Shown: positions 34,936 to 43,397 of the stretch, piece by piece
How positions within the stretch are numbered: the first letter of the stretch is position 1
Layout: each line of letters starts with the position of its first letter
Assembly (NCBI RefSeq): GCF_000006765.1
Contig: NC_002516.2
Origin: Pseudomonas aeruginosa PAO1
GTDB lineage: Bacteria > Pseudomonadota > Gammaproteobacteria > Pseudomonadales > Pseudomonadaceae
Length of the DNA stretch: 64,000 nucleotides
Direction: 5' to 3' (one strand)
Notes under the pieces: generated by a model
Told to the model about the DNA's origin: nothing
Seen by the model: the letters and a program-made list of their open reading frames with translations, nothing else
Databases searched by the model: none
Made by a program: the position numbers and the translations under genes

Positions 34936-34943
34936 ACGAAGAG

Positions 34944-34980
34944 GGTACGAATGCACCAGGGCGGCTGGTGCATTCGTACC
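34944..34980. repeat. Perfect 16-bp inverted repeat
   Basis: GGTACGAATGCACCAG-GGCGG-CTGGTGCATTCGTACC, 9 bp after the stop; no U tract. Confidence 0.9.
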
Positions 34981-35211
34981 TGTCGCCCGCTCCCGTCGGC
35001 GCCGACACTGGCGCAGCACGCCCGGCATGCCCCCGCCCGTGGTCGTGCACCTTTTCTCCGCGGCGCGAGCCGCGCCGTCCGCACGTCTGTTCCCCTCGCC
35101 AGTTTCGCTCTGGCGGGGGGCTTCCCGCCTCCTTTCGAATATTTGCCCCTCTGCCTCTGCTGGTGCGCGACGGCATCCTGCCGGCCGTTTGCGAATGCTC
35201 GGGACTGGTGT

Positions 35212-35263
35212 CGTGAAATTTTAAGTGTTATTTTTCATGAAAAATAACCAATATAATTTCACG
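35212..35263. promoter_or_regulatory. Nested AT-rich operator dyad upstream of pauB1
   Basis: 22-bp palindrome GTTATTTTTCATGAAAAATAAC (35227-35248) flanked symmetrically by CGTGAAATT / AATTTCACG. Confidence 0.75.
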
Positions 35264-35272
35264 GAGGTCGCG

Positions 35273-36562
35273 ATGTTCCTGCAATCCAACGAGCATGTCG
35301 GCACTTACTACGCCGCCGTCAATCCCGAACTGATCCAGCCGCGCCAGGCCCTGGAGGGCGACCTCGACTGCGAGGTGCTGGTGGTCGGCGCCGGTTTCAG
35401 CGGCTTGCACACGGCGCTGCGGCTGGTCGAAGGCGGACGCCAGGTATGCGTCATCGAAGCCAGCCGGATCGCCTGGGCGGCCTCCGGGCGCAACGGCGGG
35501 CAGGCGCTGCCCGGCTGGTCCAGCGATCTGCCGCCGCTTGAGGCCGACCTCGGCTACGAAGGCGCACGCCGTCTCTGGGACGGCATGCTCTGGGCGGCCG
35601 GCGAGATGCGCGAGTTGCCGCAGCGACATGGCTTCGACTGCGACTACCGGGTCGGCCACCTATGGACGGCGATCCTGCCGCGCCGGGTCGGCCTGCTCTA
35701 CGACTGGCAGGCCGAGGCCAACCGTCGCTGGGGCTACGAGGGGCTACGCTTCGTGGCGAAGGACGAGTTGCCCGAATGGATCGCCAGCGAGCGCTACCTT
35801 GCCGGTCTCTACGATCCCCACGCCGCACACCTGAATCCGCTCAAGCTGGCGTTCGGCCTGGCCGCCGCCATCGAGCGCGCCGGCGGGCGTATCCACGAGC
35901 GGACCCGGGCCCTGAACTATCGCGAGGAGGGCGACGGCTACCGGGTCCGTACCGAGCACGGCGAGATCCGCTGCGCGGCGCTGGTGCTGGCCTGCAACGC
36001 CTACATCGACGGGCTGGACAGCGAGCTGTCGCAACGGATGCTGCCGGTGGGCACCTATCAGGTCGCCACTGAGCCGCTCGGCGAGGAACGGGCGAAGTCG
36101 TTGCTGCCGCGCAACTGCTGCGTGACCGACAACCAGTTCGTCCTCGACTACTTCCGCCTGACCCCGGACCACCGCCTGCTGTTCGGCGGCGGCTGCACCT
36201 ACCTGGGCGGCATGCCCAGCGACATCCGCGCCGCCACCCGGCCCTATCTCGAAAGGGTGTTCCCGCAGTTGCGCGGGGTGGCGCTGGAGTACGCCTGGGG
36301 CGGGCATATCGACTGCAGCATGCGGCGTACCCCGGACATCGGCCGGCAGGGCAACCGCTACTGGCTGCAAGGCTACTCCGGCCACGGCGTGCTGCCGAGT
36401 CTGGCGGCGGCCAGGGCGGTCAGCGACGCGCTGCTCGGCGACGACGAGACCCTGGCGCTCTACCAGCGCCTGCGCAATCCGAAGTTTCCCGGCGGCCAGC
36501 GCTTCGCCGCGCCGCTGGAAGCCCTGGGCAAAGCGTATTACCGTTTGCGCGACCTGTTCTGA
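35273..36562 (+). CDS. pauB1: FAD-dependent oxidoreductase, PuuB/DAO family (PA0534)
   Basis: GGAGG RBS, GAGFSG, ASGRNGG, GYSGHGV; 429 aa. Symbol from recall. Confidence 0.88.
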   Translation: MFLQSNEHVGTYYAAVNPELIQPRQALEGDLDCEVLVVGAGFSGLHTALRLVEGGRQVCVIEASRIAWAASGRNGGQALPGWSSDLPPLEADLGYEGARRLWDGMLWAAGEMRELPQRHGFDCDYRVGHLWTAILPRRVGLLYDWQAEANRRWGYEGLRFVAKDELPEWIASERYLAGLYDPHAAHLNPLKLAFGLAAAIERAGGRIHERTRALNYREEGDGYRVRTEHGEIRCAALVLACNAYIDGLDSELSQRMLPVGTYQVATEPLGEERAKSLLPRNCCVTDNQFVLDYFRLTPDHRLLFGGGCTYLGGMPSDIRAATRPYLERVFPQLRGVALEYAWGGHIDCSMRRTPDIGRQGNRYWLQGYSGHGVLPSLAAARAVSDALLGDDETLALYQRLRNPKFPGGQRFAAPLEALGKAYYRLRDLF

Positions 36563-36579
36563 GAGGGCCCGGAGCCGAG

Positions 36580-37134
36580 ATGAGCGAAGTAGCCGACGAC
36601 CTGGCGGAGATCGCCAGCCTGGTGCGCGAATTGCGCAAGCGCAAGGGCATCACCCTGCAGGCGCTGGCCGACGGCATTCGCCGTTCGGTGGGCTTCGTCT
36701 CCCAGGTCGAGCGCGGCCTTTCGCGGCCGGCGGTGGACGACCTGGTCGCCATCAGCCAGGTGCTCGGGGTGCCGGCGACCTACTTCTTCTGCTCGCCGAA
36801 GATCCAGGCCTCGCCCTGGGTGACCCGCCCGGGCGAGCGTCGGACCCTGGCCTACGCTCGTGGCGCCAGCGACAACCTGGTATCGCCGCGTCTCGGCGGC
36901 GCCTTCTTCATGCTCGAAACCTGCCTTGAAGCGGGTGCCGACAGCGGCGAGCGCGACCTGCTGGACAGCTCGGAGCAGGGCGGCTACGTGCTCGAAGGCG
37001 AGCTGACCCTGTGGCTGGAGGACGAGGAGCTGCGCCTGCAGGCCGGCGACGGTTTCCAGATTCCCAGCCATATGCGCAGCCGCTATGCCAACCGCAGCCA
37101 GGCGCCGGTCAGGGTGCTCTGGGTATACGCCTGA
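36580..37134 (+). CDS. XRE-HTH plus cupin regulator, PuuR-like (PA0535)
   Basis: VRELRKRKGITLQALA..S.GFVSQVERG; cupin EQGGYVLEGEL. Confidence 0.93.
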   Translation: MSEVADDLAEIASLVRELRKRKGITLQALADGIRRSVGFVSQVERGLSRPAVDDLVAISQVLGVPATYFFCSPKIQASPWVTRPGERRTLAYARGASDNLVSPRLGGAFFMLETCLEAGADSGERDLLDSSEQGGYVLEGELTLWLEDEELRLQAGDGFQIPSHMRSRYANRSQAPVRVLWVYA

Positions 37135-37212
37135 CGAGGCGCGTTACCCTGTCGTTTGCCGGATAGCGGCGAAGACTTCCGGCATCGGCGAGAACCGTCG
37201 CCGACCGATGAA

Positions 37213-37242
37213 AAAAGCCCGAGGCACAGGCCTCGGGCTTTT
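37213..37242. terminator. Bidirectional terminator
   Basis: AAAAGCCCGAGGC-ACAG-GCCTCGGGCTTTT. Confidence 0.9.
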
Positions 37243-37244
37243 CG

Positions 37245-38270
37245 TCACCAGCGTCCGGAGGCGCCGCCGCCGCCGCTGGAGCCGCCGCCACCGCGGAAGA
37301 TGCCGCCACCGCCGCTGCCGCCTCCCCCACCGCCGCCGCGACTATTGAGGATGGCGCTGAGAATGGCCATCAGCACTTCGCCGGGAAGCAGGAACAGGGC
37401 GTAGATGAACAGGGTCGGGGCCAGTACGCCGAGACTGTCGTCCGCCGCGCGGTCGACGTTCTGCCACAGGCCCATGCTCAACAGCCAGGCCAGGCCGGCG
37501 ACCGCCGCGCTGCAAAGCAGGAAGCGGCCGATGCTGCGCCGCCGCATCCACTGCAACGGCAGCAGGCGTCCGAGCAGGGCCACGGCGAGCAGGACCGCCA
37601 CATAGACACCGAGGTAGACCGGATTGCCCCAGAGCTGTCCGCTCAGGCCGCTCTTCTTCTTCGGCTCCGGCGGGGCGCTGTCATACACCTCACCCTCGTC
37701 GACCGGTGCCGGCAGGGCCCGCGGCGGCGTGGCCTCGGGAACCGCCGGCAAGGCGTCGACGGGAGCGCTGGCGGTAGCGCTGTCCGGGTTCTTCTCGGCA
37801 TCGATCAGTTGCACCAGGCTGTCCACGCCGGCCTGGATGCCGCCATAGAAGTTGCCCTGGCGGAACTGCGGCGTGATCTGCTCGCTGATGATCCGCCCGG
37901 CCTGGACGTCGGTGATGGCCCCTTCCAGGCCGTAGCCGACCTCGATGCGCAGGGTGCGGTCGTTCTTCGCCACCAGCAGCAGGACGCCGTCGTCGACCTT
38001 CTTCTGGCCCAGCTTCCATTTCTCGAAGGTACGCACCGCGTACTCCTCGATGGAATCGTCGCCGGTGGTCGGGACCAGCAGCACAGCGAGCTGCGCGCCG
38101 CTCTTGGCTTCCAGGGCGGCGAGCTGTTGCTCCAGGTGCTGGCGCTGGTCGCCGGAAAGGGTCGCGGTGAGGTCGGTGACCCGCGCCGTCAGCGCGGGTA
38201 TCGGTGGCACATCGGCCCAGGCGACCAGGCTGGCGAGCAGCAGCCCGGCGCCCAGTAGCAGCCGGCGCAT
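37245..38270 (-). CDS. TPM (YgcG-like) domain membrane protein (PA0536)
   Basis: VTDLTATLS, DDGVLLLVA..DR.LRIEVGYGLEGAITD, Gly-rich tail ending GGASGRW. Confidence 0.93.
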   Translation of the reverse strand: MRRLLLGAGLLLASLVAWADVPPIPALTARVTDLTATLSGDQRQHLEQQLAALEAKSGAQLAVLLVPTTGDDSIEEYAVRTFEKWKLGQKKVDDGVLLLVAKNDRTLRIEVGYGLEGAITDVQAGRIISEQITPQFRQGNFYGGIQAGVDSLVQLIDAEKNPDSATASAPVDALPAVPEATPPRALPAPVDEGEVYDSAPPEPKKKSGLSGQLWGNPVYLGVYVAVLLAVALLGRLLPLQWMRRRSIGRFLLCSAAVAGLAWLLSMGLWQNVDRAADDSLGVLAPTLFIYALFLLPGEVLMAILSAILNSRGGGGGGGSGGGGIFRGGGGSSGGGGASGRW

Positions 38271-38273
38271 GGC

Positions 38274-38882
38274 TTACTGCGCCGGTTGCGGGTTGCCGAA
38301 ATCGACTTTCGGCGCGGTGGAGATGGCCGCTTCGTTTTCCACGCTGAAGTTCGCCTTGGGCTTGTAGCCGAACAGCTTGGCGGTGATCACGCCGGGGAAC
38401 TGGCGCAGCAGCACGTTGTATTCCTGTACCGACTTGACGTAGCGGCCGCGAGCGACGGCGATGCGGTTCTCGGTGCCTTCCAGTTGGGTCAGCAGGTCCT
38501 TGAACAGGCCGTCGGCCTTCAGTTGCGGGTAGTTCTCGGTGACTACCAGCAGGCGCGAAAGCGCCGAGCTCAGTTCGCCCTGGGCCTTTTGGAAGCGCTG
38601 CACGGCCTGCTCGTCGTCCAGTTGGTCGGCGTTCAGTTGCACGCTGCCGACCTTGGCCCGGGCCTCGGTGACCTGGGTCAGGACCGACGCCTCATGGGAG
38701 GCATAGCCCTTCACCGTGCTGACCAGGTTGGGCACCAGGTCGGCGCGCCGCTGGTACTGGTTGAGCACTTCCGACCAGGCGGCTTTCACCTGTTCGTCGC
38801 CGGCCTGCATGGCGTTGTAGCCGCAGCCGCTGAGCAGCAGGGCGAGGACGGGAAGGAGGGCATTTCTGAGGAATCGAGGCAT
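38274..38882 (-). CDS. LemA-family lipoprotein (PA0537)
   Basis: LSGCGYN lipobox, YQRRADLVPNLV, YPQLKA, LEGTENRIAVAR. Confidence 0.95.
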   Translation of the reverse strand: MPRFLRNALLPVLALLLSGCGYNAMQAGDEQVKAAWSEVLNQYQRRADLVPNLVSTVKGYASHEASVLTQVTEARAKVGSVQLNADQLDDEQAVQRFQKAQGELSSALSRLLVVTENYPQLKADGLFKDLLTQLEGTENRIAVARGRYVKSVQEYNVLLRQFPGVITAKLFGYKPKANFSVENEAAISTAPKVDFGNPQPAQ

Positions 38883-38969
38883 GGTGGTACTCATCCGGGT
38901 TGAGAAAGCTCGATTGTAGACCAGCCAATGGCCAGCACGTTCCTTGTGCCGGCACGGATATCGGCGCTG

Positions 38970-39479
38970 TCAGGCGGTGCGGCGGCCGAACGCCAGCTTG
39001 GCCGCCAGGACCAGCAGGCAGAACACGAACAGCGCCAGCGACCAGACCGCCATGGACTGGCCGAGCAGGGTCCAGACCACTTCGCCGCACAGCCCCTCGG
39101 GCTGGAAGACCTGCGGCAGCCAGGTATCCAGCGGTATCCATTCGGGGAAGCCCATGAACATCTTGCAACTGCCCATGCCCTGGGCAGCCAGTTTCTCTTC
39201 CGCGACCAGCGACCAGGCGTGGTAGATCCCGCCCAGGCTGGCGGCGAGCATGCCCAGCGCGGCGATGCCGCCGGCGATCCGCGAACGCGGGGCGAGGCTG
39301 CCGACGATCCCGGCGAGCACCAGGCCGAGCACGTCCAGGCGAATGAAGATGCACAGCGAGCAGGGCGCGAAGCCGCGCACGTGCTGGAGGTAGAGGACGA
39401 AAGCGAGGATCAGCAGGCCGCCGATGGCGACCGCGGGCCAGAACAAGCGATTGTCGAGGGGCTTGAGGAGAGCGCTCAA
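38970..39479 (-). CDS. dsbB: Disulfide bond formation protein B (PA0538)
   Basis: PCSLCIFIR, second Cys pair (SCK..GLCGE), four TM segments; TTG start 39479 after AGGA. Confidence 0.92.
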   Translation of the reverse strand: MSALLKPLDNRLFWPAVAIGGLLILAFVLYLQHVRGFAPCSLCIFIRLDVLGLVLAGIVGSLAPRSRIAGGIAALGMLAASLGGIYHAWSLVAEEKLAAQGMGSCKMFMGFPEWIPLDTWLPQVFQPEGLCGEVVWTLLGQSMAVWSLALFVFCLLVLAAKLAFGRRTA

Positions 39480-39672
39480 GGCAGGGATTCCTGTGTCGTT
39501 GATAAGGGAGGCCGGGCCGGCACTGTGCGGCGCTGGCCGATGGTAGTCCATCAGGATTGTCCGAAGATTAAGCCGTTTGACGTAACGATGTCTGCTGCAT
39601 GTTTCTCCGCTTTCGTAGGAGCTTTCAGGGAAAAACGCCGCAACGAGGCGAGCATTTGGAGCCTCCGCCGGG

Positions 39673-39695
39673 ATAGACTATCCTGGTCTATACCA
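39673..39695. promoter_or_regulatory. GntR (HutC-type)-like operator
   Basis: TGGTCTATACCA (39684-39695) fits GT-N-TA-N-AC; overlapping ATAGAC-N7-GTCTAT. Confidence 0.5.
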
Positions 39696-39707
39696 ATAAG
39701 GCCCGTC

Positions 39708-40538
39708 ATGCTAGCCACCAGCCTGGTGCTATGCGCCGCCGTTCTCCACGCCACCTGGAACACCCTGGTCAAGTTCAGCAGCGACCGCTTGCTGGTCGTC
39801 GCCTGCATGGACGTGGTCGGCGTGCTCTGCGCCATCCTGCTGTTGCCCTTCGTCAGCCTGCCGCCGGCCGAAGTCTGGCCCTGGCTGCTCGGCGCCACCG
39901 TCCTGCAACTGCTCTACCGGGTACTGTTGATCGAGGCCTACAAGGTCGGCGACCTGGGCCTGGTCTATCCGCTGATGCGCGGGCTGTCGCCGCTGGTGGT
40001 GCTGGGCCTGACCCTGGCGTTCGGCGGCGAGCAGCTCAGCGGCCGGCAGATCCTCGGCATCCTGTTGATCCCCTTCGGCATGCTTTGCCTGCTCTGGGGC
40101 GGCGGCGGTTCGCGGCTGCCCTGGCGGACCCTGCCGGTGGTGCTGCTGATCGGCCTGTGCATCGGCGGCTACACCTGGAGCGACGGCAACGCCTTGAAGC
40201 GCTGGCCGTTGGCGCTTGACTACCTGGTCTGGCTGACGCTGCTTTCCGGCCTGCCGTTCCCGCTGATCGCCGTTGGCGCGCGAACCCGCGCCTTCGCCCG
40301 CTTCTGGGCGCTGGAGTGGAAGCTCGGCCTGGCGGTCGGGGTCTGCGTGCTGGCCAGCTACGGCCTGGTGCTGTGGGCCATGCAGCTGGGGTCGATCGCC
40401 GAAGCGGCAGCGTTGCGCGAGACCAGCGTGCTGCTGGCGGTGCTGTTCGGCATGCGCTTCCTCAACGAGCCGTTCGGACTGCCACGCCTGCTGGCGTGCG
40501 GCCTGGTGCTGGCCGGAATGCTGCTGATGAAGCTCTGA
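39708..40538 (+). CDS. EamA/DMT-family transporter (PA0539)
   Basis: AAVLHATWN, GDLGLVYPLMRG, AALRETSV; about 10 TM segments. Confidence 0.92.
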   Translation: MLATSLVLCAAVLHATWNTLVKFSSDRLLVVACMDVVGVLCAILLLPFVSLPPAEVWPWLLGATVLQLLYRVLLIEAYKVGDLGLVYPLMRGLSPLVVLGLTLAFGGEQLSGRQILGILLIPFGMLCLLWGGGGSRLPWRTLPVVLLIGLCIGGYTWSDGNALKRWPLALDYLVWLTLLSGLPFPLIAVGARTRAFARFWALEWKLGLAVGVCVLASYGLVLWAMQLGSIAEAAALRETSVLLAVLFGMRFLNEPFGLPRLLACGLVLAGMLLMKL

Positions 40539-40607
40539 AGGGGCTGTGCCTTTACAGAACGAGCGGCGCCAGCTTGAGTTGCAGTTCCACAACTACAAGG
40601 AACTGCC

Positions 40608-40994
40608 ATGACCATCGCTTTCTGGTGCGTGCTGATCGCGATCTTCCTGCCTTACGTCTGTACCTCCATCGCCAAGTTCGGCGGGGAGGGCTACGGCGGT
40701 CGGGCCAACGCCGACCCGCGGGCGTTCCTCGGTTCGCTCGAAGGCTTTCGCCGGCGTGCCAACAACGCCCAGTTGAACGCTTTCGAAGTGACCCCGGCGT
40801 TCGCCGCGGCGGTGATCATCGCCCATCTGGTCGGCAACGCTTCGCAGGCGACCCTGGATAGCCTGGCCATTGCCTGGATCACCAGTCGCCTGCTCTACGT
40901 CATCTGCTACCTCGCCGACTGGGGGCCGTTGCGCTCGCTGGTCTGGTTCGTCGGCATGCTGCTCATCGCCGCGTTCTTCGTGGTTTCCGCCTGA
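40608..40994 (+). CDS. MAPEG-family membrane protein (PA0540)
   Basis: DPRAFL..RRANNAQLNAFE, SRLLYVICYLAD.GPLRS. Confidence 0.9.
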   Translation: MTIAFWCVLIAIFLPYVCTSIAKFGGEGYGGRANADPRAFLGSLEGFRRRANNAQLNAFEVTPAFAAAVIIAHLVGNASQATLDSLAIAWITSRLLYVICYLADWGPLRSLVWFVGMLLIAAFFVVSA

Positions 40995-41106
40995 GCAGCC
41001 CGCTGCGGCCTATGGCCGCAGTGCGGGCGCGCGGCTCTGGATCAATCGGCGGTGGCGGCGGATAATCCGCCGCTTCCGTGATCGACCCTGAAAAAAGAGC
41101 CTTGCC

Positions 41107-41565
41107 ATGAAGCTGAAGTCCCTGCTCGTCGTGCTGCTGGCCGGCGTCGCCCTGAGCGGCTGTCACCGTATGGATCCCAATTCGCCCGAGGCCAAGCGCC
41201 AGGCGATCTTCAAGGAAATGCTACGGACCAGCGAGGACATGGGCGGGATGCTCCGCGGACGCCTGCCCTTCGACGCGGAGAAGTTCCGTGCCGGATCGGC
41301 GAAGTTGCACCAACTGGCCGACCAGCCCTGGCAGTACTTCCCCAGTCCCAAGGCCGGCGAGGAGGGCGAGGACACCCGCGCCAAGGACGAGGTCTGGCAG
41401 CGCCAGCAGGAGTTCAAGGCCGCCACCCAGGTCTTCATCGACGCGATGAACCGTCTCCAGGACAACACCCGCCAGGCCACGCCGACCCCGGATGGCGTGC
41501 GCAAGGACTTTGCCGCGGTGGAAGACGCCTGCGAAGCCTGCCACAAGAAATTCCGCGCGCTCTGA
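41107..41565 (+). CDS. Cytochrome c'-like (class II) lipoprotein (PA0541)
   Basis: Lipobox LSGC, KRQAIFK, TRAKDEVW, C-terminal CEACHKKFR. Confidence 0.9.
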   Translation: MKLKSLLVVLLAGVALSGCHRMDPNSPEAKRQAIFKEMLRTSEDMGGMLRGRLPFDAEKFRAGSAKLHQLADQPWQYFPSPKAGEEGEDTRAKDEVWQRQQEFKAATQVFIDAMNRLQDNTRQATPTPDGVRKDFAAVEDACEACHKKFRAL

Positions 41566-41574
41566 GGCCGGACC

Positions 41575-41757
41575 GGGCGTTATACGCCGTGCCTGGAAGG
41601 CGCGAGGGGTAGGGCGAATGAGCGCTGGCGCTCATCCGCCGTTGCGGCAGCGCTGGGCGGCACCTGGTGTCCCGCTGCGGCGCGGATGGCGGATAACACC
41701 ATGGGCGTCATACGCCTTGCGTGGGAGGCGCGAGGCGTAGGGCGGTACCTGGTGTCC
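41575..41757. repeat. GTAG-family REP cluster
   Basis: REP GTAGGGCGAATGAGCGCTGGCGCTCATCCGCC 41609-41640; reverse REP from 41688; direct repeats 41575-41616 / 41703-41744 (37/42 identical) and 41655-41672 / 41740-41757. Confidence 0.85.
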
Positions 41758-42176
41758 TACTGCGCCTGGGCCTGTTCCAGGCCTTTCTTGGCCTCTTCCA
41801 GTTCGGCGCGGGCCTCGGCCAGCTTGGCCTTGCGTTTCTCGATCTTCTCCGGATCGCCCTTGCCCATGGCCTTGCGCAAATCCTTCTCGCGTTCGCTGAC
41901 CTCGCGCTCGCTGTCGATCACCTTCTGCTTGTTCTCCCTCAGCAGGCCGGCTTCGGTGCAGTGTTCCTTGACCTCGGAGAGGGCCTTTTCCAAGCCGGCC
42001 ACCTGGCCTTCGTTGGCGAACGAGCGGGCCGTTTCCAGCTTCGCCTCGATGGCGGCCTGCTTGGCGGCGCAACCGCTGAGTGGGGCGCCTTTGGCGGCGC
42101 CCGGCTGGGCGGCAGAGAGCGGCAGGGCGACGGCGAGCAGCAGCCCGGCCAGCGGCAGTGAAGGACGAATGGACAT
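41757..42176 (-). CDS. DUF1090 (YqjC-like) secreted protein (PA0542)
   Basis: Signal peptide; GCAAKQAAIE..GLEKALSEVKEHC; KIEKRKAKLAEA. Confidence 0.88.
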   Translation of the reverse strand: MSIRPSLPLAGLLLAVALPLSAAQPGAAKGAPLSGCAAKQAAIEAKLETARSFANEGQVAGLEKALSEVKEHCTEAGLLRENKQKVIDSEREVSEREKDLRKAMGKGDPEKIEKRKAKLAEARAELEEAKKGLEQAQAQ

Positions 42177-42425
42177 CGGTTGGCTCCTTGATCGAACGGC
42201 CGGTGCGGTTGCCGGACGACGGCTCGGCCGAGCGTCCTGGCAGGCGGATGAGGCAGGCGGCAGCCGGCGTGACAAAGGCGCAAGTGTGCCAGCAAACGGC
42301 ACGGTTGTGGTTGTCCGGGAGCAAAGTACGCCGCCCCGGGGTCTCTGGAGAAGGGCCATGGTTCGGGCATTCCGGCACAACCCGGCCTAACGTTGTCCGA
42401 AGACACCGAGAACGGGAGAACCGCG

Positions 42426-43394
42426 ATGCGTACGCTGATCCGCCTGGTTCGCACGCTTATCCTGCTGCTGGTCCTGGCGCTGCTCGCCGGCGCCTGGTGG
42501 TGGTTGCAGGACGAGGCCCTGCGCCCCCCCGCGCTGGCCGGCCACAGCGAGGACTCGAGTCTGAAGGTCGCGGGCCTGCGCCGGCATTACCTGCTCTACG
42601 TGCCGCCGGGCGTGTCCGAGGGAGCGCCGTTGCTGGTGGTGCTGCACGGCTCACGGGGCGACGGCGCGCAGATGCGCCGCATCAGCGGCTACGGCTTCGA
42701 CCGGCTGGCGGCGCAAGAAGGTTTCCTGGTGGCCTACCCGGACGGCTTCGAGGGCCACTGGAACGATTGCCGCAAGGCCGCCAGCTATTCGGCGCGGCTG
42801 CGTGACGTCGATGACGTGGCTTTCCTCCGCGCGCTGGTGGCGCGGCTGGCCCAGGAATACCGCGTCGATTCGCAGCGGGTATATGTCGCCGGCTACTCCA
42901 ATGGCGGCCAGATGGCTTTCCGCCTGGCCGCCGAAGCGCCGGGGTTGCCGGCGGCGATCGCAGCGGTGGCGGCGAGCCTGCCGACCACGGGGAACGATGC
43001 CTGTCGGCCGGTCGAGCGGCCGACCGCGGCGTTGCTGATCAACGGCACGCGCGATCCGATCAATCCCTATCTCGGCGGCAAGGTCAGCCTGTTCGGCTTC
43101 GGCGACCGGGGCGCGGTACGCTCGACCCTGGACTCGGCACGCTGGTGGGCCGGCCTGAACGGCATCGCAGCGCCGCCGGACGTGGCGCCGCTGACCCGTC
43201 CCGGCCCGGTCTGGACCGAGCGACAGCGCTGGCAGGAAGACGGCCATCCGCCGGTGGAGCTGCTCAGCGTGCATGGCGGCGGCCACGTGCTGGCGCAGCC
43301 GGACTATCGCTTCCCGCGGATTCTCGGCAAGAGCGACCCGGAACTGGACGCGCCAGTGGAAATCTGGCGCTTCTTCAGCCAGTTGCCGCGCTGA
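42426..43394 (+). CDS. PHB-depolymerase/LpqC-like esterase (PA0543)
   Basis: LVVLHGS, VAYPDG, WND, GYSNGG, GTRDP, GGGH; N-terminal membrane anchor. Confidence 0.88.
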   Translation: MRTLIRLVRTLILLLVLALLAGAWWWLQDEALRPPALAGHSEDSSLKVAGLRRHYLLYVPPGVSEGAPLLVVLHGSRGDGAQMRRISGYGFDRLAAQEGFLVAYPDGFEGHWNDCRKAASYSARLRDVDDVAFLRALVARLAQEYRVDSQRVYVAGYSNGGQMAFRLAAEAPGLPAAIAAVAASLPTTGNDACRPVERPTAALLINGTRDPINPYLGGKVSLFGFGDRGAVRSTLDSARWWAGLNGIAAPPDVAPLTRPGPVWTERQRWQEDGHPPVELLSVHGGGHVLAQPDYRFPRILGKSDPELDAPVEIWRFFSQLPR

Positions 43395-43397
43395 GGC

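Noticed and set aside
32896-35028. 710-aa minus-strand ORF
   Set aside because: Mostly the antisense of the PAS-LuxR gene; only the last ~88 codons look like a real protein and are annotated separately.
37245-37340. (CCG)n-rich low-complexity tract
   Set aside because: Encodes the ordinary Gly-rich tail of TPM-domain proteins.
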